A stretch of DNA of 64,000 nt from Planctomycetota bacterium. GTDB lineage: Bacteria; Planctomycetota; UBA1135; UBA2386. The notes under the pieces were generated by a model that searched no databases, had not been told where the DNA came from, and saw only the letters and a program-made list of their open reading frames with translations. Below are positions 48,695-57,334 of this stretch, piece after piece; within the stretch, counting starts at the first letter, position 1; every line of letters begins with the position of its first letter. The stretch is from positions 4,960,001 through 5,024,000 of the forward strand of contig JBKAGP010000001.1 in NCBI GenBank assembly GCA_046290465.1. The letters run 5' to 3'. A program made the translations under genes and the position numbers.

Positions 48695-49348
48695 ATGAAG
48701 ACCAGACGTTTCGGCAAGTGGGCCGCGGCCCTCGTCATGTTGGTCGCCGTCGTGGCGTGCACGATCAGCAACCCGCGCCGCGTCGAGCAGCATCGCTGGT
48801 GGTCGGGCTTCGGCCTGGTGGTGCCGCACGAGTCGTTCCCGGCCGACTGCAGCCTGTGCCACGTCGGCTCGTCGTGGAACAAGCTGGTCGCCGACTTCCG
48901 CTTCGACCACGGCGCGCGCACCGGCGTCGCGCTGCACGGCGCGCACGACCAGGCGGCGTGCCTGCGCTGCCACAACGACCGCGGCCCGGTGTCGGCCTAC
49001 AACGCCAAGGGCTGCGTCGGCTGCCACGAGGACGTGCACTACGGCGAACTCGGCCAGGACTGCGCGCGCTGCCACGACGAGGTGCTGTGGCGCGTGCCCA
49101 ACACGCGGGTCGCGCACATCCACACGCGCCTGCCGCTGATCGGCGCGCACATGCAGGTCGCCTGCCACCGCTGCCACGCCGGCGCGACGGTCACCAACTT
49201 CCGACCGACCGATCCCGACTGCAGCAGCTGCCACCTCAACGAGGCGATCGCGACCACCAACCCGCCGCACCAGGGGCTCGGCTGGACGCAGCAGCGCTGC
49301 GACCGCTGCCACCAGCCGACGGCCTGGCGGCCGGCGCAGGTGCGGTGA
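48695..49348 (+). CDS. Lipoprotein multiheme cytochrome c, 7 CxxCH motifs
   Basis: Lipobox VVAC; CSLCH, CLRCH, CVGCH, CARCH, CHRCH, CSSCH, CDRCH. Confidence 0.9.
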   Translation: MKTRRFGKWAAALVMLVAVVACTISNPRRVEQHRWWSGFGLVVPHESFPADCSLCHVGSSWNKLVADFRFDHGARTGVALHGAHDQAACLRCHNDRGPVSAYNAKGCVGCHEDVHYGELGQDCARCHDEVLWRVPNTRVAHIHTRLPLIGAHMQVACHRCHAGATVTNFRPTDPDCSSCHLNEAIATTNPPHQGLGWTQQRCDRCHQPTAWRPAQVR

Positions 49349-49475
49349 CCTGCGATCCCACACGGAGACCACGGCCCGGTCCCATCTGGAGACGGGCCAC
49401 TCACGGAATGACACAGGAGTGTCGATGACCCCCGAACTCGGAAGGAACGATGCGCTCCCCACGCGGAGTTCGATC

Positions 49476-52274
49476 ATGAAGACTCCTGTACGCAGGTTGG
49501 CGGTCCGTGCCGCGTCCCTGGCCATGGCCGGGGCGGTGCTGGTGCTGTCGATGTTCCCCGCTTCTTGCGTCGACCAGCAGGGGCGCGAGGCGTCCGTGGC
49601 GTCGGCCGAGTCCTGCATGCGCTGCCACAACGGCTCGCTGCACGACGACTACGCCGGACCCGGCCTCGAGAACCCGCACCCGTTCCCCGGTGATGCCGAG
49701 ATGCTGCGCTGCACGGCGTGCCACGGCGGCAACCCCAATGGCGCCGACGCGGCCACCAGCCACGTGCCGCCGCCGCCGTCGATCGGGGACCGTGACTTCC
49801 AGGATCAGAACGCGCAGGCGTACTTCAACAAGCTGACGCTCGCGGGCATCGACAAGGTCGACGACTACGAGGTCGACGGCGTCACCTACACCGGCCTGCA
49901 GTACCTGCAGTTCCTCAACCCGTCCGACCTGCGCGTCACCAGCATCGGCCAGGGCTGCGGCGAGTGCCACCAGCCGCACGCGACCGCGTCGATCCGTTCG
50001 CCGATCGGCAGCGAGATGGGCATCTTCTCGGGCGCCTTCTACGCGGTCGGCATGGCCAACGCGATCGCCGCGCACCAGGGACTGTTCGAGGACACGGCCG
50101 CCGACTACGGCTGGCGGGCGGTCGTCGATCCGGCCCACGTGCACGATCCCAACGCCGACGGCAAGGTCGGCGAACTGCTCGAGGCGCCGGTCTGGAGCTC
50201 GCGCGAGGACCAGGGCCCGGACTTCCTGTTCCGCAACCAGGACTTCGTCGTCGCCAACCTGGTCAACGACGTCAACGCCGACGGCTCGGTGGTCAGCGGC
50301 TCGCGGCTGGCCAAGCTCTACCAGGAACAGGTCGCGTTCACCTGTGGCGACTGCCACCTCGGCAGCAGCGGCGCCAACAACCGCTACGGCGACTTCCGGC
50401 CGTCGGGCTGCGCGGCGTGCCACATGCCGTACAGCCTCGACGGCCGCAGCCGCAGCCAGGACCCGAACGTGCCGAAGTTCGAGCCGCTCGACCCGGACGA
50501 CATCGACGACCCCGAGCGCGCCCACGTGCGTTCGCACCGGATCCGTTCGGTGGCGCGCACGCTGACCAACGGCACGCAGGTCGAGGGCATCGACGACTAC
50601 ACCTGCGCCGGCTGCCACCAGGGCAGCAACCGCATGGTCATGCAGTACTGGGGCATCCGCCTCGACCAGAACCAGGACGTTCGCCGCGGCCACCAGTACC
50701 CGGCCAACCCGGTCGACTTCGAGACCACGCGCAACGACACGCGCCTGTTCGACCCGCAGGTCGGCAACAACACGTTCAACGGGCGCAACCACCGTCAGTA
50801 CCTCCTGATGGAGGACTACGACGGCGACGGCCGTGACGACACGCCGGCCGACGTGCACTACGACGCGGGCATGGGCTGCGTCGACTGCCACGGCACCGTA
50901 GACCTGCACGGCGACGTCGCCGCGGCCAACAACGGCGACATCGTCAGCCGCATGACGCACGCCGTGACGATCAAGTGCGAGGACTGCCACGGCTCGGCGA
51001 CGGCCTACGCGCCGACCACGGTCGGCGAGAACTACGACGGCGAGACCGTCACGCTCGCGGTCGACAGCGCCGGCAACCCGCTGCGCCACGTCGAGGTGGA
51101 CTCGAACGGCGACTACTGGCTGACCAGCAAGGTCGACGGCCGCCGCCACTACGTCTCGCAGACGCTCGACGTGATCGTCGACAACGGCCGGACCAACCCG
51201 GTCACCGGCACGCCGATCTACACGCAGCACGGCTCGTTCGCGATGGGCCGCGACGACAACGACCCGGCGACCGGCATCGGTTCGCAGCAGACCGGCAGCC
51301 CGCACGCCGGCTTCAGCCACATGGACTCGATGCACTGCGCGTCGTGCCACAGCGCCTGGAGCAACTCGTGCGTCGGCTGCCACCTCGAAGGCGAGTACAA
51401 CGAGGGCAACAACTTCAGCAACATCACCGGCGAACGGATCGCGTTCCGCGAGCGCTTCGCCGAGTTCGTCTACCAGTCGCCGATCCCGTTCACGCTCGGC
51501 ATCGGGCCGGACAACGACATCCGCACGACCGCGGCCAACACCAAGGTGTTCTTCCGCTACCGCGACATCAACGGCGACCGCACGCCGGTGTTCGCGTTCT
51601 CGGACCGCAACGGCCAGGGCGGCAACACGGTCGCGCGGCCGACGCCGTCGCTGGGCCACAACGCGCTGATGGCGCACTCGATCCGCGGCCGCGTCAGCGC
51701 GACCAACGAAGGGCCGCGCTCGTGCGTCGCGTGCCACCTGACGAACGACGCGATCACCAACTACGGCTCGCAATACGCGGCGTTCCGGACGGCGCTCTAC
51801 GCCAACGACTACGGCAACCTCGACTACAACCTGCTCAGGCAGCACATCGGGCAGAACCCGGGTAACCAGCTCGACTCGCCGTTCTTCGTGCACATGGTCG
51901 CGGGCCTCGGCACCGGCCTCTACCTGTTCGACCAGAACGGCGCCGCGCAGAACCCGCTCGACGACAACGACGATCGCTACGGCAGCGACGGCGCTGCGCC
52001 GAACACCTACTTCAACCCGGCCGACGTGCGTTACGACCTCGACCGCGTGGTCGAGACCAACGGTGTCGCCAACGGCTCGAGCAGCATCCCGATGAACCAG
52101 CCGTTCCTCGGTCCGCTGCGCCGCGACGGGGCGCTCGACCCCAACATGACCGGGCCGCTCGGCACCACGCTGGCGCTGCGCCTGGCTGACCCGGCGACCG
52201 GCATCGTGCTCAACAGCTGGGTGGACGCGGACCGCACGGTCAAGGGCGACGCGAGCAACGTGATCGATCCGTAG
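49476..52274 (+). CDS. Large exported (probably lipoprotein) multiheme cytochrome c, 11 CxxCH motifs
   Basis: GGAG RBS; signal ending PASC; 11 CxxCH in 932 aa; D/N/G/T-rich inter-heme segments. Confidence 0.9.
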   Translation: MKTPVRRLAVRAASLAMAGAVLVLSMFPASCVDQQGREASVASAESCMRCHNGSLHDDYAGPGLENPHPFPGDAEMLRCTACHGGNPNGADAATSHVPPPPSIGDRDFQDQNAQAYFNKLTLAGIDKVDDYEVDGVTYTGLQYLQFLNPSDLRVTSIGQGCGECHQPHATASIRSPIGSEMGIFSGAFYAVGMANAIAAHQGLFEDTAADYGWRAVVDPAHVHDPNADGKVGELLEAPVWSSREDQGPDFLFRNQDFVVANLVNDVNADGSVVSGSRLAKLYQEQVAFTCGDCHLGSSGANNRYGDFRPSGCAACHMPYSLDGRSRSQDPNVPKFEPLDPDDIDDPERAHVRSHRIRSVARTLTNGTQVEGIDDYTCAGCHQGSNRMVMQYWGIRLDQNQDVRRGHQYPANPVDFETTRNDTRLFDPQVGNNTFNGRNHRQYLLMEDYDGDGRDDTPADVHYDAGMGCVDCHGTVDLHGDVAAANNGDIVSRMTHAVTIKCEDCHGSATAYAPTTVGENYDGETVTLAVDSAGNPLRHVEVDSNGDYWLTSKVDGRRHYVSQTLDVIVDNGRTNPVTGTPIYTQHGSFAMGRDDNDPATGIGSQQTGSPHAGFSHMDSMHCASCHSAWSNSCVGCHLEGEYNEGNNFSNITGERIAFRERFAEFVYQSPIPFTLGIGPDNDIRTTAANTKVFFRYRDINGDRTPVFAFSDRNGQGGNTVARPTPSLGHNALMAHSIRGRVSATNEGPRSCVACHLTNDAITNYGSQYAAFRTALYANDYGNLDYNLLRQHIGQNPGNQLDSPFFVHMVAGLGTGLYLFDQNGAAQNPLDDNDDRYGSDGAAPNTYFNPADVRYDLDRVVETNGVANGSSSIPMNQPFLGPLRRDGALDPNMTGPLGTTLALRLADPATGIVLNSWVDADRTVKGDASNVIDP

Positions 52275-52327
52275 CGCCGGCTACGGTCGATCACCGCACG
52301 CCCACTCGGCCGTCGAGGCCGAACGGC

Positions 52328-52705
52328 TCAGGGCTGCCGTCCGCCCATCGACACCTGGAAGCCGCGATCGCTGCGCACCGTGTACTGCACGGTCGCGTCG
52401 TCCTCGGTCACCGAGAACCGGATCGCGAGCTTGCGGGTGTTGGCGTCCCAGCGCGCCTCGCGGCCGCCGGGCTTCAGCACCCCGGTCGCGGTGACGCTCG
52501 GCGACATCGCCTGCCACGCGACGTCGGCCGGCCCCTTGCTCCACACCTCGACCTCGACGTCGATCGGCTCGGGTGCCTCGAACTGCAGGTGGATCGGGTG
52601 GCCGGCGCGGACCTGCATCGAGCCAGCGGTGCGGTGGTAGCTGCAGCTGCAGAACGCGGCGAGGGCCAGCAGCGCGGCGGCGCGGACGACGGGGTGGTTG
52701 CTCAC
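52328..52705 (-). CDS. Small lipoprotein, hypothetical
   Basis: GTGA overlap with the DTW gene; signal AAALLALAAFCSC; beta-rich. Confidence 0.6.
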   Translation of the reverse strand: MSNHPVVRAAALLALAAFCSCSYHRTAGSMQVRAGHPIHLQFEAPEPIDVEVEVWSKGPADVAWQAMSPSVTATGVLKPGGREARWDANTRKLAIRFSVTEDDATVQYTVRSDRGFQVSMGGRQP

Positions 52706-53865
52706 TCCGCCATCGTATCCTGCAGCGTGCGCAGCCAGCGAGCGACGGCCAGCGCGTTGGCGAGTCGACGGCCGGCCCGACCCCGGCACGGGATCGTCGG
52801 CAGGCTCAGGCCTTCGCGCTCGACGACCTGTTCGAGCAGGCCCGAGTTGTGCTGCACCTTGTTGCAGTAGCTCGCCTTCAGCAGCGTGTGCTCGAACGTC
52901 GCGGGCAGCACGGCGCGGCCCCAGGCGAGCGTCGTCGGGGTCCAGCTGGCGAACGGCGTGCCCGGCGGGGCGAACGCCTCGAACCGCCGGCGCGCGGCGG
53001 CGATCGGCTCGCCGTGCTCGAGCGCCGCGCGCGGCACGTCCATGTGGAACAGGTGCTCGTCGCTCGGCGGCGTGCGCTCGGGGCGGATCACCGCTTCGAA
53101 CGTCTCGCCGCTGTCGACGCGCGCCGCGACCCAGTGCAGCAGTTCGCGTTCGGTGTCCGGCGGCTCGTCCGGCAAGAGCGGCGCGGTCTCGGCGTAGCAG
53201 ACGACCACGCGCGGGTCGTAGAGCAGCCGGTCGATCGCCTTCGGTTCGCGGCGCCGTGCGCTGCGGAAGCGGCTGACGCGGCGCGACGAGCGGTGCTGGA
53301 TCTGCCGGTCGATCATCCCGTCGAACGCGCGCAACAGCTCGTCGAGGTGCTGATGGTCGGGCTCGACGATGCGCAGCGCCTCGACGATCGCCTCGATGGT
53401 CGAGATGTACTCGGGCTTGGGCTCGCGGCGGATCCGGTAGTTGCTCGGCGCCGACGGCTGCAGCTTGACGTGGCGGCGGTCGTGCAGCCACGCGTTCTCG
53501 CGGTAGAGCCGCCTGGCGTGGCTCCAGGTGCCGTCGATGACGATCAGCGTCGACGGCCACTCCGAGGACGGCAGGTCGGCGAGGTCGTCGGCGTCGCGGT
53601 GCGGAAACAGCACCGCCGCGTCGTCGGGCACCTCGACGCGCTGCTCGAGCGTGCCGGTGAAGCCGGGGGTCGGGACGTGCACCGACGCGTTGGGCATGCA
53701 CAGCTTGACCAGCCGCGCCGTGCCGAACGGGTGGCTGCGTTCGTGGGGGTGCTGCAGGACCACCAGCCGGGTGCGGGTGTCGACCGACGGCAGGCCTTCG
53801 CAGTAGCACAAGGCCTCTGGGCGCAGGCAGCGCAGGCAGCGCGGGGGCGGGGCTGGATCGGACAC
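52702..53865 (-). CDS. DTW-domain tRNA aminocarboxypropyltransferase (TapT-like) with C-terminal exonuclease-like extension
   Basis: CxxC..P...CxC, QHPHE, IDGTW, YRIRREP, STIEA. Confidence 0.85.
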   Translation of the reverse strand: MSDPAPPPRCLRCLRPEALCYCEGLPSVDTRTRLVVLQHPHERSHPFGTARLVKLCMPNASVHVPTPGFTGTLEQRVEVPDDAAVLFPHRDADDLADLPSSEWPSTLIVIDGTWSHARRLYRENAWLHDRRHVKLQPSAPSNYRIRREPKPEYISTIEAIVEALRIVEPDHQHLDELLRAFDGMIDRQIQHRSSRRVSRFRSARRREPKAIDRLLYDPRVVVCYAETAPLLPDEPPDTERELLHWVAARVDSGETFEAVIRPERTPPSDEHLFHMDVPRAALEHGEPIAAARRRFEAFAPPGTPFASWTPTTLAWGRAVLPATFEHTLLKASYCNKVQHNSGLLEQVVEREGLSLPTIPCRGRAGRRLANALAVARWLRTLQDTMAE

Positions 53866-54013
53866 GAGCGACCGGAGTCTAGCCCGCGAACCTCGGCAAC
53901 AACACGTCGGCGCGGGGCCGAATCGCGCGGTCGGGCGTACGCGGTTCGGCCGTCCGTCGTGCCGGTCTGCAAACTCGTCGTGACCGGTGTCGGCGGTGCG
54001 CTACGTTGCCGCC

Positions 54014-55708
54014 ATGCGTCGTATCGCCAGCGCCTGGTTCCTGTTGTTGGTCGTATCCGTGTGCCCCGGCATCCTCGTCGGCCAGGATCCGGGGGCCGGG
54101 CAGGCGGGCGGGACCGGCCCGGAGCAGCAGCAGGAGGGCAGCCAGGAAGGGCCGCAGCAGGCAGCTACGCTCGACCAGGACACCCGCGACGCGCTCGCCA
54201 ACCTGGCCGAGCAGCTGGTCAAGGACCGTGCGGCGCTGGCGCAGGCGCGGAGCGAGGGCAAGAGCGACGAGGTCAAGCGCCTGACCACGGTGATCGAAGA
54301 TGCGGAGGCGGAGTTCGCCAAGCTGACCGCGCGCGTCGACGTCAAGCACTACCAGGGCGGCGCCAAGGCCAAGTTCGACCTGCAGCAGGAGATCGAGGAG
54401 ATCCTGCGACCGTTGATGCGTCTGCTCAGCGACGCGACCGAAGGGCCGCGCGAGCTCGCCGAACTGCGCGCCGAGCTCGAACGGGTGACCGCGAAGAAGC
54501 GCATCGCCGAGAAGGCCAAGGCCAACGTGCTCCGGGTCCGGGACGCGTTGGCGCCGGATTCGCCGGCAAGGGCCGAGGCCGAGCGCGAACTGGAGGAGCG
54601 CTGGGACCCGGAGCTGAAGCGGCTCGGTAGCGAGATGCTCGTGCTCAACGCCTCGATCACCCAGCTCGAGGAAGGGCGCGAGTCGATCTGGGAGACCGTC
54701 GGCGACAACACGCGGGACTTCGTCGGTGGCGAGGGGCTCAACCTGGTGATCTGCGTGGCGGTGTTCACGCTGACGTGGCTGCTGGTCGGCTTCCTCGGGC
54801 GCCGCCTGCTCAAGCTGCGGCCGCGCGGCAGCTTCTCGCGCCGCCTCGGCGAAGTGCTGCTGCGCCTGGTCGCAGGCGTCACCGCGATGGTGACGACGTT
54901 GGCCGTCATCTACGCGCGCGACGACATGCTGCTGCTGGCGATCGCGTTCGTGGTGCTGATCGGGTTCGGCTGGGTCGTCATCAAGGCCGCGCCGCAGTTC
55001 CTCGACCAGATCCGCCTGGTGCTCAACGTCGGCGCCGTGCGCGAGGGCGAGCGCATCCTGATCGACGGGTTGCCGTACCGGGTCGAGTCGCTGCGCTTCT
55101 TCTCGTGGCTGAAGAACCCGCTGCTGCAGGGCGGCAACCTGCGCATGCCGCTCAAGGACCTGCTCGACAAGCGCTCGCGCCCGCTGGCCAAGGACGAGCC
55201 GTGGTTCCCGTGTGCGCAGGGGGACGTGGTCGCGCTCAGTGACGGCACGATCGGCGTCGTGCACCTGCAGACCCCCGAGGTCGTGACGATCTCGATGCGC
55301 GGCCAGCCGCAGCAGCACATCCCGACGCTCGACTTCCTCGAGATGAAGCCGCGCAGCTTGTCGGACGGGTTCGAGATCCGCGTGATCTTCGGCGTCGACT
55401 ACGGCCACCAGCAGGACGTGCTGACGGCGGTGCCGTCGAAGCTGGCCGACGCGATCCAGCAGCGCATCGCCGAGGACGAATCGTCCCAGCACCTGAAGGC
55501 CGTCAAGGTCGAGCTCAACAGCGCCGGTTCGAGCTCGCTCGACATGATCGCGCTGGTCGCCTTCGAGGGCGAGGCGGCGCTGCGCTACTACCCGCTGCTA
55601 CGGCGCATCAACCAGGCACTGGTCGCGGCGTGCAACGAACACGGCTTCGGCATCCCGTTCCCGCAGCTGACGGTGCACGGCATCGGCGAACGGGGCATGG
55701 AGGAATAG
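54014..55708 (+). CDS. MscS-family mechanosensitive channel with periplasmic coiled-coil domain
   Basis: Signal peptide, coiled coil, 3 TM, LNVGAVREGER, FGVDY, IPFPQL. Confidence 0.82.
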   Translation: MRRIASAWFLLLVVSVCPGILVGQDPGAGQAGGTGPEQQQEGSQEGPQQAATLDQDTRDALANLAEQLVKDRAALAQARSEGKSDEVKRLTTVIEDAEAEFAKLTARVDVKHYQGGAKAKFDLQQEIEEILRPLMRLLSDATEGPRELAELRAELERVTAKKRIAEKAKANVLRVRDALAPDSPARAEAERELEERWDPELKRLGSEMLVLNASITQLEEGRESIWETVGDNTRDFVGGEGLNLVICVAVFTLTWLLVGFLGRRLLKLRPRGSFSRRLGEVLLRLVAGVTAMVTTLAVIYARDDMLLLAIAFVVLIGFGWVVIKAAPQFLDQIRLVLNVGAVREGERILIDGLPYRVESLRFFSWLKNPLLQGGNLRMPLKDLLDKRSRPLAKDEPWFPCAQGDVVALSDGTIGVVHLQTPEVVTISMRGQPQQHIPTLDFLEMKPRSLSDGFEIRVIFGVDYGHQQDVLTAVPSKLADAIQQRIAEDESSQHLKAVKVELNSAGSSSLDMIALVAFEGEAALRYYPLLRRINQALVAACNEHGFGIPFPQLTVHGIGERGMEE

Positions 55709-55876
55709 CCTCGGAGCGTTGCCCGGGTCGGGTCGGCGAACGGCCCGTGGCAGGGCCGCTGGCGCGAGCTTGCGACATCTTAATGTGCCTGGTTGCCGCA
55801 ACCGGTCCCGGCTGTCGGACTAAGGGGGATCCAGTCGCGTGGAGGGGGCGGTGCCCCCGGCCGGCTGCCCCCGTTG

Positions 55877-57274
55877 ATGACGGCCCTCCCCGCAGCCTCG
55901 ATCGAACCGCACGGACGCCGGCCCGGCGATCGCTCCCCGGCACCCGCCGCGCTCGCCGCCGGTCCGTCCCGGCGTCGGGGACGCGCGCTGCTGCTGCTGG
56001 TCGCCGTCGGTGGGGCCCTGCTGGTCGCCGAACTGCTGCTGCGGGCGTTCGACCTGCCGCGCATCGGCAGCCGCTTCGTCAGCGTCGACTACGACGCCGG
56101 CACGTTCGAGTTCGACCGCGAACTGCTGTGGCGGCTGGCGCCGGCGGCCGGCGTCGACGACCGCAACCGACTCGGCCTGCGCGGTTGGCTGCCGCCGGGT
56201 GGAGGGGACGGGGCCGGTCGAGGAGACGAGGCCGGTGGCGCGGACGGGGCCGACTACCGCATCGTCTGCGTCGGCGACTCCTGCACGTTCGGCACGGGGG
56301 TGCGCGTCGACCAGACCTACGGCGCGCGGCTGCAGCGGCATGCGCAGGCGGCCCTTGGCGGGAGGCCGGCGCACTGTGCGCTGCTGGCGCTGCCCGGCTA
56401 TTCGACCTATCAGGACCGGGTGCTCGTCGACCGCGTGCTGCCGACGGCGGCGGCCGACCTGGCCGTGTTCTACTGCGGCACGTGGAACGACTTCCTGCCG
56501 GCGCTGCAGCACACCGACGCGGCGTGGGCCGAGGCGTTCTCCGGCGGTCGGTGCCATCTCGCCGAACTGTTCTCCCGGGCGCTGCAGCCAGAACTCGGGG
56601 TGCAGGCGCAGCAGCTCGCCGAGGCCTTCGTGCGCGGCGAGCAGCCGCGGCAGCGCCGCGTGCCGCTGCCGCAGTTTCGCGACAACATGACGGCGATGCT
56701 CGAGGTCGCGCGGACCACGGCGCAGGACGTGCTGGTGGTGCTGCCGCCGCTGCCGGCCGACACGCGCGCGCGCTTCCCGATCGCCGACGACTACCGCCGC
56801 GGCTGCCGCGAAGTCGCCGAGCGGCTTTCGGTCGACGTGCTCGACGCGCAGCAGTTGTTCGACGGCTTCGTCACCGCGCTGCCGCCGACGTTCCGTCAGC
56901 ACGCGCAGCCCGACCGGCTGCTGTTCACCGACAGCGCCCACCCGAGCGCGATCGGCCACGCGCTGCTGGCCTGGCAGATCCAGGCGCGGCGCAGCGGTCG
57001 CACCGGGGGGCCGGCGGTGGCACCGACGCTGCGCGGCGGCTCGGTCGACGGCGTCGCGACGTTCGAGTGCTCACAGGTCGACGGCGCGCTCGGCTACGCG
57101 ATCTACTACACCTCCGAGGACGCGGAGCCGATCTGCGGCAGCTTCGAGGTGCGCGAGGCGCGCGCGCTGCGCGTCACGCTGCCGCCGGGCACGCGGTTCC
57201 ACGCCTGTGCACAGGCCTTCGACGCCAGTGGGGCCGGGCCGATGTCGGACGTGCTGGTGCTCGACGGCAACTGA
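55877..57274 (+). CDS. Membrane-anchored SGNH/GDSL hydrolase-family protein with C-terminal beta-sandwich
   Basis: TM ending AELLLR, NRLGLR, GDSCTFG, GY, WND, DSAHP. Confidence 0.8.
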   Translation: MTALPAASIEPHGRRPGDRSPAPAALAAGPSRRRGRALLLLVAVGGALLVAELLLRAFDLPRIGSRFVSVDYDAGTFEFDRELLWRLAPAAGVDDRNRLGLRGWLPPGGGDGAGRGDEAGGADGADYRIVCVGDSCTFGTGVRVDQTYGARLQRHAQAALGGRPAHCALLALPGYSTYQDRVLVDRVLPTAAADLAVFYCGTWNDFLPALQHTDAAWAEAFSGGRCHLAELFSRALQPELGVQAQQLAEAFVRGEQPRQRRVPLPQFRDNMTAMLEVARTTAQDVLVVLPPLPADTRARFPIADDYRRGCREVAERLSVDVLDAQQLFDGFVTALPPTFRQHAQPDRLLFTDSAHPSAIGHALLAWQIQARRSGRTGGPAVAPTLRGGSVDGVATFECSQVDGALGYAIYYTSEDAEPICGSFEVREARALRVTLPPGTRFHACAQAFDASGAGPMSDVLVLDGN

Positions 57275-57334
57275 ACGTCGGGGCGACTGCCGTTGCGCGA
57301 CGGCCAGGACGTTGACCGCCCGGTCGGATGGGGC

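Noticed and set aside
49349..49475. Riboswitch or ncRNA in the gap before the 11-heme gene
   Set aside because: Only short stems (ggcccg/cgggcc, gacac/gtgtc) and no recognisable aptamer consensus.
42749..52274. Assignment to known complexes (MtrCAB, NrfAH, hydrazine/hydroxylamine oxidoreductase, alternative complex III)
   Set aside because: Heme counts of 23, 7 and 11 do not match; no CxxCK or CxxxxCH catalytic motif, and no NrfD/molybdopterin or NapC/CymA subunit in the cluster.
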